From Phoronis australis (Eukaryota > Animalia > Phoronida), in the NCBI GenBank assembly GCA_002633005.1, contig NMRA01000027.1, forward strand, positions 223,265-287,264: 64,000 bases of DNA, in the 5' to 3' direction. Below the pieces are notes generated by a model. It was not told the origin of the DNA. It did no database searches and saw only the letters and a list, made by a program, of their open reading frames with translations. Positions 1-12,268 of the stretch are shown piece by piece. Every line of letters starts with the position of its first letter. Positions within the stretch are counted from its first letter, which is position 1. The translations under genes were made by a program, and so were the position numbers.

Positions 1-394
1 GTTTCACAATAGCTTTCTGTCAGCAAACACTGAATTAGCATGCGCGCTCACACGGCCCCGGTGCCCAGTCAATTACCTTTATTGCCGGCATCAAAAGCCG
101 GTAACGCAGTGGTTTATTCATTGCTGGCTTCTCAACATTTGCACTCACGAATACTGCAAAGGTATTACAAATTGTATCTTATGAGACAGACTTTGTTTCA
201 GTTTTATATAAGCATTGGTTAGGATGAGAATAATTCATTTTGAAACACAACGCAGAATAATAAACGTTTACATGGCAACTCGCCCGGCGCCAATCCCGGC
301 TTAGTCAAGAGCTCTTCCGACGAAGACTTCACGGGTTGGATCGTTAGGTTTCACAGGCTATCAATTCGAACCGGGATACACTGATCAAGAAATA

Positions 395-675
395 TTAGAG
401 AGGCTCCGTGAACATGCAACGGAACGTATGGATAGTTCTTTGGTAATGCCGGAATTCGTCAGAGAAATCACTGTCAACGAAATGCCGGCCACAGACACGG
501 AGATGTTTCACGGCCTAATACTTGCTATTGACAGCGTACCTTTCATTCTTCACTACCGCGAACCACTTGCTAAGCATTTCGGGCTCTTGAGGAAATCGAA
601 AAAAGGATATACCCGCTTTCTTCGCAACTTCATAGTTCGGACAAGCGGGAACGATGCATTGCAATATAGCGGCAT
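395..675 (-). pseudogene. Decayed THAP zinc-finger coding relic, probably from a DNA transposon
   Basis: Not in the ORF track. Minus-strand translation from 658 reads CIVPACPNYEVAKKAGISFFRFPQEPEMLSKWFAVVKNERYAVNSKY*AVKHLRVCGRHFVDSDF. This has the THAP C2CH signature (CxVPxC, FxFP, W, RVCxxHF). There is an in-frame TAG at 517-515, and the ATG at 675 is out of frame with the domain. Confidence 0.8.
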
Positions 676-1341
676 TCACTCTGCAGACGAACCACTGACG
701 TTTCTGCGTCGTTTTTCACCTTCCTCACAGGTTAACGCGACACCTCTCGGCAAGGTGAGGTCGACCGTATAAGAGGCGATGTGGATGTAGACCGATTAAG
801 ATGGTAAAAAAGACTAATTAAATCGGGTGGCATTCTCCTTTAATCACGCTTGGCCGTTTCGGCACTACATGTTGTAACTTTTGACACGGCTCAACTGGCG
901 CAGCTCAAGATGATCGGTGTCAAGTGGCCGTTTACGCCCACACATTTCAGAAACGGTGGAATGCTCATGCGCAAAGATGAAAATTGCGGGAGTCAGAGTT
1001 GATTATTATTGTTGTTGTTCTTATTGTTGTTATGGTGCTCCTAATTTCTACGGTGGACTCAAGCTGATATTGTAAAAGAACATTTCGAAAAAGATCACTT
1101 TTCTACGTGGAGAAAACCTTTCCGCTGCGGAGAAAACTGGGGACCACGCAAATCTTCGTGAGATGTCGCCACGCATTCCGAGCGATTTACGTGACTCTTT
1201 CTTTTCTTGTGATCGTCTTGGGTCTACCAGAAACCATCCCTGGTTAATGTTCGTAGACCAATATTCTTGCGAGAAAGCAAGATACTGCAAAATCACGCCA
1301 GTGAAAGGCAAATGTTTCGTGAGGCCTATCGGATAGCTTGC

Positions 1342-3941
1342 GGCAACGGTGTTCAGTCATTGGTCGAAGTTGGAATGTGGAATTTTGAGATGAAATTGAT
1401 GAATTACGGGATAAAACTCACCGTTTCCGTTATAGAAATGATTTTTCCGCACTTGAAAGTTAATGTGTCTACAGAACACAGGCCTGGTTGCGCCATTTTT
1501 AACTTATGAGCCTACTCGGTGCAAATTAGACCTTCATCACCATCTAGACACTACATAAAATAGGTTTTAACGAGGGCTGTTTGTTGTCATTTTCAAGTAG
1601 GAATATTTAATGAAAGATTTCTGTAATTTAGACTTCGAATATTTGCGAAGGTCACTGCGGGCAGAGAGGTACAATTCCTAGCTGTGGAGGTAGAATATTC
1701 TTAATTTCTTAGTTTGAAAAACTTCGGTTGGCTGAACTGTCAAGGACACCCAGCTTGTATAGGTACTAACTATTTGCAGTCTGGGCTGTGTTCTGTGAAC
1801 TCAAGAAACTCGATAAAATGAAAGAGTAGCGCTACTAACCCTCCCGAGATATTGTCATTCGTATTAGAAGCGTCGGCAATTGACCACACTAGCTAAAGTT
1901 TTGCTTGTACGGAATGGCCTACCTAGTTGTGCTGAAAGGGACGGATCCTGAAACCTGCACCGACTTTGGTTTAATAGAGGTTGCCTGATCCCAGCAGAAA
2001 TGCGGGGTGTGGGACTGTTGTTTTCCCTCATCGTCACCTGATGCCTGTTGCGAGCTGAAATGGGTTGGGACCCATTTTTCTGTTTTACCCGCAGATTACC
2101 TGATGCCACATCTTAAAAGGGCCGGAATTCGTTTTCTTACCTAATGCCACCAAATGGCAGACATGAAGCGCAGGTTTCAAAATGAGTAGGGTGCAGATGA
2201 TTAATTACATGTGCTATTTTTGGCCTAACGGAATTTATAACAAATAGGTTGTAAGAGTTTACAATCCCAAACATGTGTAACTTCACCTCTTGGTTTAAGT
2301 AAAAAATCGGACACTGAAAATAACGGAAATTCGTTGAGTATGACGCCATAATAGGAAATAAATTTTCGTGCTGAAGTCCTCGGTATTAACTGCAAATGTC
2401 AAATTTGGCGGCGTGAATGAACATGAGCTGGGGCAGTGTAGCACGTGTGTTGGGTGCTTTGTTTAGTCTACGGTTATCCAGTCTGGTTGCCAAGCTTCAA
2501 ATTTCCCTGCTTAGCTGACTTAAAAACGAAAATCGAGCTAGGCATTTTATTGAGCCACTGATGGATTTAATGTACTTGTTGTTAACGGAAATGGACTCCT
2601 ATCACTGAAAGGAGTAATATTAGATCGATTATATGAGAGTAAAAGGTNGGCAACGGTGTTCAGTCATTGGTCGAAGTTGGAATGTGGAATTTTGAGATGA
2701 AATTGATGAATTACGGGATAAAACTCACCGTTTCCGTTATAGAAATGATTTTTCCGCACTTGAAAGTTAATGTGTCTACAGAACACAGGCCTGGTTGCGC
2801 CATTTTTAACTTATGAGCCTACTCGGTGCAAATTAGACCTTCATCACCATCTAGACACTACATAAAATAGGTTTTAACGAGGGCTGTTTGTTGTCATTTT
2901 CAAGTAGGAATATTTAATGAAAGATTTCTGTAATTTAGACTTCGAATATTTGCGAAGGTCACTGCGGGCAGAGAGGTACAATTCCTAGCTGTGGAGGTAG
3001 AATATTCTTAATTTCTTAGTTTGAAAAACTTCGGTTGGCTGAACTGTCAAGGACACCCAGCTTGTATAGGTACTAACTATTTGCAGTCTGGGCTGTGTTC
3101 TGTGAACTCAAGAAACTCGATAAAATGAAAGAGTAGCGCTACTAACCCTCCCGAGATATTGTCATTCGTATTAGAAGCGTCGGCAATTGACCACACTAGC
3201 TAAAGTTTTGCTTGTACGGAATGACGTACCTAGTTGTGCTGAAAGGGACGGATCCTGAAACCTGCACCGACTTTGGTTTAATAGAGGTTGCCTGATACCA
3301 GCAGAAATGCGGGGTGTGGGACTGTTGTTTTTCCCTCATCGTCACCTGTCGCCTGTTGCGAGCTGAAATGGGTTGAGACCCATTTTTCTGTTTTACCCGC
3401 AGATTACCTGATGCCACATCTTAAAAGGGCCGGAATTCTTTTTCTTACCTTATGCCACCAAATGGCAGACGTGAAGCGCAGGTTTCAAAATGAGTACGGC
3501 GCAGACCAGAATCTATGATTAATTACATGTGCTATTTTTGGCCTAACGGAATTTATAACAAATAGGTTGGAAGAGTTTACAATCCCAAACATGTGCAACT
3601 TCACCTCTTGGTTTAAGCAAAAATCGGACACGGAAAATAATGGAAATTCGTTGACTGTGACGCGATTATAGGAAATAAGAGGTCCTCGGTATTAACTGCA
3701 AATGTCAAATTTTGCGGCGTGAATGAACATGAGCTGGGGCAGTGTAGCACGTGTGTTGGGTGCTTTGTTTAGTCTACGGTTATCCAGTCTGGTTGCCAAG
3801 CTTCAAATTTCCCTGCTTAGCTGGCTTAAAAACGAAAATCGAACTAGGCATTTTATTGAGCCACTGATGGATTTAATGTTCTTGTTGTTAACGGAAATGG
3901 ACTTCTATCACTGAAAGATCGATTATATGAGAGTAAAAGGT
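1342..3941. repeat. ~1.3-kb tandem duplication (1342-2647 and 2649-3941) split by a single N
   Basis: Both copies start GGCAACGGTGTTCAGTC and end GAGTAAAAGGT. About the first 560 bp look identical; the rest differs by SNPs and small indels. N at 2648. Confidence 0.9.
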
Positions 3942-4110
3942 CGAATTCGATTTCCTTTTTAAGACAGCTAAACATCTGGAGTGAAGTGCAGCTTTAAAAG
4001 GAAGATAGGCATGAGAAACAGTTGGTGAAATAGGGATGTTGTGATCGTAGGTGGGAACGATGAATGCAAACATAACGCCATGTCTGTTTTATCTGTTTAC
4101 AGCAGGCATC

Positions 4111-7100
4111 ATGTTCCAGTCGGTGATAAACAGAGCTGCCCTTGGTAGAGCAGCAAACATCGGTTCTCTCTATGACGTCAGAACAGAGAGCTTCCTGGTA
4201 AATTGTAATTGTAATAAGGATATGCAAGTGTGTATTCAAATGCTGTCCAGTAGTTTCAATTGCACCCTGATCCTTTTCGTGTTATCTTTATGGGATAGGA
4301 AAATGGAAGCACACTCAGGTGTACTGTAAACCAAACCAAAGCGTTTTGTTAGAGTGACACTGTAAGCTGTGGTCATTGTGATCTCAACCCGCTTTTATTA
4401 TCTGTATTATGTCTCAAGTAATACCAGTTAAAGTTGCAAAGACATGCTTTTCATGTTCAGCTGATTTAGATACGCCAGTTGACTTCAATAAAAAGAGAGT
4501 TGTCAAGAGTTCACCAGACTGACTGAATTCGAGGCTGGGACCAATATCCCACTACCAATGTGCCCCTGTCGATTTAATTTTTTTTTACGCTCATGCCCCT
4601 GTATTTTCCAAGTTTCCTGGCGGATTTTTATGACATTTACTACAGGTTTCTGTTGAGAAGGCGACGACACCTTCTCAGTTCCGTTCATATCAAAAGTTAC
4701 TTTTGAAGAAAGGTTTACGTATAGCAGCTTAATTAGTTTCAATAGTAATGCTTTGAATTCCATGTGTTCTCCGAGTTCAATTAATACACTCACATGATCG
4801 TGGCAAATGCGCAATTTACAAAGTTGCTTCAATTTGTTTTCAGCATGACTCTTTGTTTGAGACTAAAGTTGATGATAGCAGTATAGACAAAATGGAGTTG
4901 GGTGACACGTCCATTGAACTTGTGATGTCAGACAACATACAAGAAAAGTTTAATAAGTTAAACATTGAAGCAGAGCTTCAAGTAAGTTTCCTAGCGGGTT
5001 TGGTGAAGTTGAGTGGCTCAGGATCTTACCTGAACGATGTCAAGAAAAGCGCTAGGTCACAAAACATGAGCCTGATATACAAGATCCGCACAGTAAACGA
5101 AGAGTTCCTGCTTCGTCAAAACAGAGGAAAAATCGACACAGCAGTGTTGACGTCAGTGAAGGAATGTGGAACTTCGGCAACCCATGTCGTCGTTGGAATT
5201 GACTGGGGAGCGGTCTGTTCCATAACTTGCGAGTATGAAAACTCCGAGAATAAAGACGAGACTGAGGTTAAAGGAGCCTTACAAGGTGTGCTTGAGAAGA
5301 TGAAATCCCTTGTCAGTGCAAAGGGTTCGGTAGCAGACACCGACGAGAACAAGACGACAACGTTCACTTTTAAATGTAAGTCTGATGTTTCTTCAACCAG
5401 TCAGGATCTTCCAACTACATTTGAGGGAGCCCTACAACTTGCCAAGTCTCTTCCAAGCTTAATAAAGGACACAAATGACGGTAAAGGTGTTCCTGTTCTC
5501 TACATGTTGATGCCACTTGATGCTGTTGTGAAGATGTGCAAACTACAAATTTCGTTAGAAATTTGCTTTAGGCCCATTGCAGAAGACACCATCAAAAGAA
5601 CTACCCAAGTTGTCGAAAAAATGGCCGCACAAAGCCAGCGTTTCCACGATATCCAAGTGGATTTACATAGATTGAGCGACTACGTTTCAGAGAAAACTCT
5701 TGTTAAGATTGATAAGTACGTCGACGAGATTTCCATTGAGACAGCTGCCTTTAGAATGAAACTCCAAGCGTTACTCAAACAGATTCGTCGCCACGAAGCC
5801 GACTTGTCGGAACTAGAAACATTTCTTTGCAGATCCTTGGGCGAGTCTAGTCAACTCTCGACGTACGAAGCTCAAATAAGAGAATTTGACAAAGAATTCA
5901 ACAAGGTAAATGACATCAAAGCTTGGAAGGCTAGGGGTATTGTCTATTTTGGAAAGAATGATCGATTTGTTGCCGATGACGCGCATACAGTGTACGTCTT
6001 TTATAAACCAAAGGAAGACACGAAAAGAAATGTGCAAATGCAAGAATTCTTTTTACGCTGCCATAAGACGTCCGGAAATCAGCGTGACATCCATTTTAAG
6101 GTTATCGACGAAACAGTTAGAGCTGACTTGTGGACGAATGAAGGAAGACCTGTGATTGTGGTGTATACAAATGGCGTGAAAGTCTGTGGCGACTTGTATG
6201 AAAAAGAAGGGCGAGACACTGAAATGTGTCTTATGAAACACCATAAAGCTACACCTTGTCGGTATAAGCCTGTCGAGAGAGCTAACGTGAAAATTCGATG
6301 TCCAAACTCCGTTGCCGGAAATGGACAGTGTTCCGGTAGTCCAATCACGTGGAAATGTGTCAAGTGTAAAGAAGTTGTTGAGTATGGTTTGAAGACCTTG
6401 GCCTTTTACTGCAAATGTGGAGAGTCAGTTCCGTCTGCTTCTGCATTCCGATGTAACGAAAGTGGGCATGGAATTGACTACGTACAGTACCCAGATGACA
6501 CACTGCGTGACGAGTTGTCATATCTGAGAGCCATGAAAGAAACGAACATCTTAATATTGGGAGAAACAGGTGTTGGGAAATCTACGTGGATAAATGGTAT
6601 AGTCAATTACTTATCCTTCGCAGATTTGAACGAAGCCAAGGATGCCGAGGATTACTTTGTTTTAATCCCTTCCGAGTTCACATTCACAAAGGACGGGAAA
6701 TCTCTTGTGATAAAGATGGGTAAAGCAAATGACAACGAAATTTTGCAAGCTGGACACTCAGCGACTCAAGAGACAAGATCGTATATTTTTCATGTTGGTG
6801 ACCAAAAAATTCGATTGATCGACACTCCAGGTATCGGGGACAGCAGAGGGCTGGAACAAGACAGAAAGAATTTTGACAATATTCTTGCCTACCTGAGTTA
6901 CTATGAAGAAATCCATGCCGTATGCATTCTTTTAAAGCCAAACAACTCCAGGTTGACAGCAATGTTTAGATTTTGTATTCAAGAGCTGTTAGCTCGCTTG
7001 CACACTTCTGCCAAGGACAATATCGTCTTCTGCTTCACCAACGCTCGCGCGACATTCTACCAACCCGGGGATACACTGCCAGCACTGAACAAGATGCTAG

Positions 7101-8356
7101 ATGATAAACAGATTGGAATAAGTGCAACACCACACAATTATTACTGCTTCGATAACGAGCCATTCAGGTTTTTGGCTTGTCTTCACAATGGAGTCACATT
7201 CGGTGATGAGGACATCAGAACCTACGCAGCGAGTTGGGACAGAGCAGTGTCTGAAACCAATCGGTTGTTTGGACAAATAAATCTGATGCCACCGCATAAG
7301 GTGAGAAACACCATCAGCATGAACGAGGCGCGTAGAGTGATATTGGCAATGAGCAAGCCGATGGCAGAAGTTGCAAAAACGATTCAAGAAAATGTCCAAA
7401 CTGCCAATGAAGCAAAACAACAAATAGATTTGCACAGAAATGACATGTCAAACCTACAAAAGCAGTTACAGTTTAAGGGAGTGGACCTCGTTCGAGAGGA
7501 ATTGCCATATCCGACTACAGTCTGTGCCCATGGAGACTGCATCGAAAGACTCTCTGTTGGCCAAAGTAACATACAGAAAGTTAATTACAAGCAAGTGTGC
7601 CACAGTCACTGTAACTTATCTGGAATTCCAACAGAGACTACTAATGACTCTCGCCTGCAGAGCTGTTGGTGCATCAACGGAACAAACTGCCATCAATGCG
7701 GCCATCACTATACGCATCACATGCATCTTACGTATACCTTAGAGAAAGTGGAGAAGGTGTTCATCTCCAAGGAAGTACAGAAGCAAATTCTAAGCAAAGC
7801 GTCTCTAACTGAGCAAAAGGAAGCTCTCAAAAGAAGCATCGATTCCAAAGTCAATGAACTGCAAAGCGAAGAAACAACCATCTTGCACATAAGCGCTAAA
7901 TATGGCGCATTCCTAAAAGAAAACGCAATCATCCCCTACAATGACGCAGTTGGCGATTATCTTGACTTGTCCATAAAACAGGAAGAAGATAAAGCCGATC
8001 TCTTGCGAAATAAAGAGTTCCTGACACGTCTGCAAGAACTTAAGGAGGAATATGAAAAAGAGAAGCAGATTCTTGATAGAGCCATCGCCCAGGGGGAAGA
8101 GACAACTCCCGAACAGGTTATGCAACTTCAGCGACAGCTATTTGAGCTAAAACATTTTGGACCGACCCTCAAGAGAATTTTTGATGGAATTTCTATCAGC
8201 CGTTCAGTCAATGGGATGCAGTTTCAGGAAACTGTTGCTCCTTTCAATCAAAATGGGTCACGTCACAACGTTGGTCACGAATCCGGAGCTACAAAAATGG
8301 TGGTTATGAAACGTGAGAACTGGTTTCGAAGACAGTGGGACAATTTTTGGAAGTAG
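4111..8356 (+). CDS. Stonustoxin/verrucotoxin-like MACPF-type domain fused to a septin/AIG1-like GTPase, ~1199 aa, 2 coding exons
   Basis: Exon 1 4111-4197 (MFQSVINRAALGRAANIGSLYDVRTESFL, like the stonustoxin ALGRPFxLGMLYD motif). Phase-0 GT..AG intron 4198-4843. Exon 2 4844-8356 is open. Stonustoxin-like motifs include LNIEAELQVSFLAGLVKLSGSGSYLND, ATHVVVGIDWGA and GVPVLYMLMPL. GTPase motifs are G1 GETGVGKS (6560-6583), G3 DTPG (6821-6832) and a G4-like FTNAR. Cys/His clusters lie at ~6296-6470 and ~7522-7730, with coiled coils on either side of the second. Confidence 0.9.
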
Positions 8357-10068
8357 AAAACGACTAAAAGGAATTACTCACGTTCTTTGTAATGTTAAGG
8401 TCCTTTATGTAAAACAATTTTGAGATTGCGCTATATGTTTCATAGTGCATATTTTATATTTAGAGTATGTTGGAAATGTTAGCACCAAATACTTGTAGCT
8501 CTTGAAATCTGGTAAACATTTCTTTGGCCTCGCACAACTCCATGACTGAACCTTATATGTAAACACGCAGCTGCGTCTGATAATGCTTTCATTGTCTTAT
8601 TTTATATTTTGAATCTGGCGTTTTTGAAAATTAGTCCTCTACAAAAACCTGTACTGTGTGCTGTAGGTTGGTTGGATGGGATTCGCTTACTGGACACGTA
8701 TTTTTGGTTATTGTGTAAAACGTGATTTTCTTTATAAATTTGTGTGGGCCCAACGTGGAGAGTTCGGGTTTAATCTTTGCAGTATACTTGTTTGACTAAA
8801 GAAGCCAATTTAAAACCAGCACGAATCATGCACTTCGGCCACATGACCACAAGATTTAACTTGAGGCAAAGAATTCGGCAAGTTGGATCAACTTTTAATT
8901 AAAACAATGCTTTGTCGCTACTTTTTGGATTAATTAGTGCTTCCCCAGTCTTCTATTAGTTACTTATTTAGTGAAATTTACTGCGGAGATATATATTATT
9001 ATTAACTACATAGAGATATTAGTAGTGCATATTAACTACTCAAAGATATTTATTAGTAGTGCTTATTTGTACCAAGCTGTTTAAAGCTTGGTTGAACTAG
9101 TCTTATTGTGCAGTTATTGTATAGTACTGCTAAATTGTGAACATTGTGCGTAGGATGGTGTGTGAATACTTGTGTAGGTTACATATTGACTTTATCAAAT
9201 GGCACATAACGCGTGACAAATAGTAGTGGCTTACCATAGACTTTTACGGATAACGGAAACCGATGCGTACGCATCCAAGGGCAAATTACAGAACCGATTG
9301 TAGAATGAGTTGACCATAAATCGAGTCTTTGGTTTCGAGTTGGACATGCGTACCAAGCGAACAGACGTGGTAGACACCTTGGTAGGGAAAATAAGCCGAT
9401 TTTTTCACAACTACCACAAGCAAACGTTTTGAAAATTACAAAATTTAGGCTATTCCCCGATGTTTTTATATGTAGCCCCGTGACTGTCAACGTTTTTACT
9501 CTTTCCGTAGCTCTTATCCACAAATTACCCTGAATTCCTTCCGTAATCAAAGAAAAACGCCACGTGGATTTTCACATGGCAAATCAACAGGACACTAGTC
9601 AACCTACTTCCCTTCCCCTCTCATGTCTCTACCATCTGTTTATGACCAAGGCAAAAGGCTTTAAGAAAAAATCGTGAGATTCCGGCAAATCAATCATTCA
9701 CAGCCCGAAACGAAGTCCATGAGGATCTGATCCACGAAACTGCCATGTCTCCTAGACTGCATGAATTACAAGTGTTTCAATGCGCATAGATTAAAGTTTT
9801 ATGTTCAAATGTATTTACGTAGCTAATATCTGTGTCTAATACCGTACCAGGAAAATTGCTGTGTTGTACCAAATGAATAGTTCGCGACATCTGTTGTCAA
9901 ATATATCCAATAATGACACGACAATGCGTTGCATATCCATCACTGATACCTTGCACTGGTTCCCGACAGAGTCGAACATAACCGTCGGAAATATTTCATT
10001 ATATATAATCCGTTAGGATCGACTCTGTCGGTAACAATTTTACACCCTTCAGAAATCTGCTATATTAC

Positions 10069-10388
10069 AAGGGGCGCATCCAAAATTTTGAGTTATGGGG
10101 GCAAGGGCACAGGAATAACCAGAATTTCGCCACATGCGTGCGTCCAGCCTAAAATGTAGGGATACAGGGGTCTCGAATCTTTGGCTTTGTGGACCTTATT
10201 ACTAAAAAAAAAACGATAAACGGGGTTTGTCCAAGGCCTATGCATTTGCATTCGCCCCCCGAGCCCCCTGGGTGCGCGCATACGCTAGTTAGCAATTCGC
10301 ACCCCCAACTGCCAAATGCATCGTATCTGGGATAATTTTAGGGGGCGCATGGCCCCCTTGCCCCCCCCCCCCCTAAATCCGCCACTGT
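10069..10388. mobile_element. GC-rich-terminus MITE (Harbinger-like)
   Basis: Left end AGGGGCGCATCC and right end (C)nTAAATCCGCCACTG form imperfect inverted termini typical of non-autonomous DNA transposons. TSD is not clear. Confidence 0.5.
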
Positions 10389-11760
10389 TTACGGTAAATT
10401 TACAGCTTTCAGAAGCTTGCTATACTGCCGTACTTACACCAAATTGATACCTAGGACTTTTGTACCCGCGGGTGAAACTTACGGGATATTTGAAATTGTC
10501 GCCCCCCAATAACTTCAGAAACTTTGGTAAAGGGTGGCTGACAGTCCAAAAATCTGCCAGCTGTTTGCACGGCAAACTAAGTGTCACACTCGATCATTGT
10601 AAAAAATTAGTTTCACCCCTTGGTTGTCGTTGAATGTAACAATAATGCATTGCTACACGATCAGTTTGCATGGTACTCAACTAAACACGTTATATCAATA
10701 CTGCCTTTGAGTTTACCCCCAATGGCAAAAAATGTATTTATTTTGCAGCAATTTACAAGTTCACAACGTAACCTTGTGAACAGTTAGTTGCACTCAACAT
10801 ATCAAACGTACAATATCTGAAACAACACCGTCAACGTTGACTGTGACTTGAACACCAGAAATACTCAATGGCCTATTTTGGAAAACGAGTCGGTTGTCAA
10901 GCTAGTTTTTTGTTCAGTAAACGTTCTAGGCTCCTATGGGTTGCAGTTTACTTTTCTATCTAGAGAGAGACTCGAGAAGCTTGTCTCCTGTTTGTCAAGG
11001 GACAAAAGGACCAATTACCGATAAGTTCGTGTCGAGTTTTGAGAAAAATCATCAAAGGTAGAACTTCTAAGAGAACCAATAGCTCGATCCCTTTGACATT
11101 CCGGCATCTCCTTGAACATGTTAGTCGGACACATTATTACAAGAAAAAGTTGATCCAGAATACCATAGTACCACAAAGAAAGAGTGTTGGGGTCCGCCTG
11201 TTTTGCATTTGACATGAAACACGACTGGTAAACTTCAATCCCGTTCACAGGTTTCTTTTCCAATATCAGCTCTTCTGAGGGAAGTGGTTGTACGTCTTTG
11301 GCCTAATGGTCTGACTTCTCCTGACTTTTCTATGATGAATAATAATAAAACGCTGCGAAGGTTTTAAGCAGGTTAGTTTTGCTATTTTGAATTAATACCC
11401 GGATATGGAATCAAAGCAGGCAAGTTTGAGATATATATTCGGTATGTGAATTCACTACCGATAATTTCCGAAAAAGGGCGGGCATGAATAACGGAATTTA
11501 CGATACCAACAACATAAGTACCGTTGAAATTCAAATACGGGTTACCCGCACACAGAGAGCAAAATGCTGACCTTTTCATTACGCCTGGAAATGTAGTACA
11601 CACGATTGCAATGAGACAGCAACAGATTTGTGACATGTGAACCTGAAGAAGAAATTTTGATCGGATTCGCAACATGTCATTGATATTTGGAAGGTGTTGG
11701 TCACGGTCGTTGCTCGTTTTATGTGTTTTGGTCACGGCAAAGGCACAGTGTAACGGTTAA

Positions 11761-12268
11761 AGAGACCTAGAACGCGATAAACAGACTAAATAAGTTGCAA
11801 TGTTGAAAGTGGTTGTCTCCACTGAAACAGAATTCAACCTGCTCATCAGGTATTTTTAGGGTTTGTTCGAAAAGACTTTAATTTCTGTTGAATTCATAGC
11901 ATTTTATTTTCAAATTTTAAATAACGACCTGTCAACTGGTCACCACTTCGTTGATTTTTCCCCACAAGGCAAAGCACGTCTCCTTATTTGGTATGGCAAG
12001 ACATTGATAAAACAAATTTCCCTTAAATGGAAAATGTGACCTTTGACCATAAGCTACTTCAAGCATCTGACTGTAAGCGCATGTGCGCATTTATCGTAAG
12101 TGGGAGGGAGAGTTTTTCCTTCGCGCGTATTTCAAAAATCGTAAATTTTGTGAATTTGTCTGGAAAGTGGGGAACGTGAATTACTCTTTACTAGACGTTG
12201 TGAGAAGGTACTTTCCTCGTAAACTGTTTAAAAGATATTTTTGACGAGCTTTCGCGTTCTATGCCTCT
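11761..12268. mobile_element. Kolobok-type MITE with TTAA TSD
   Basis: TTAA|AGAGACCTAGAACGCGA ... TCGCGTTCTATGCCTCT|TTAA. Imperfect 17-bp TIR, RR..YY termini, no coding capacity. Confidence 0.75.

Noticed and set aside
428-772. 114-aa plus-strand ORF
   Set aside because: No recognisable motifs; it is the antisense shadow of the THAP relic.
3790-4035. NF-kB/IRF-like motifs upstream of the MACPF-GTPase gene
   Set aside because: Short, imperfect matches expected by chance in AT-rich DNA, and the TSS is unknown.
4853-4855. TTG start of the 1167-aa ORF as a prokaryote-style start
   Set aside because: A canonical acceptor at 4843 and an in-frame upstream ATG exon with the family motif explain it.
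5116-8125. Numerous short ORFs overlapping the large gene
   Set aside because: Antisense or alternate-frame shadows of a real coding exon.
11015-11263. 82-aa minus-strand ORF in coding-looking sequence
   Set aside because: No motif recognised in the three minus-strand frames and no convincing splice context.
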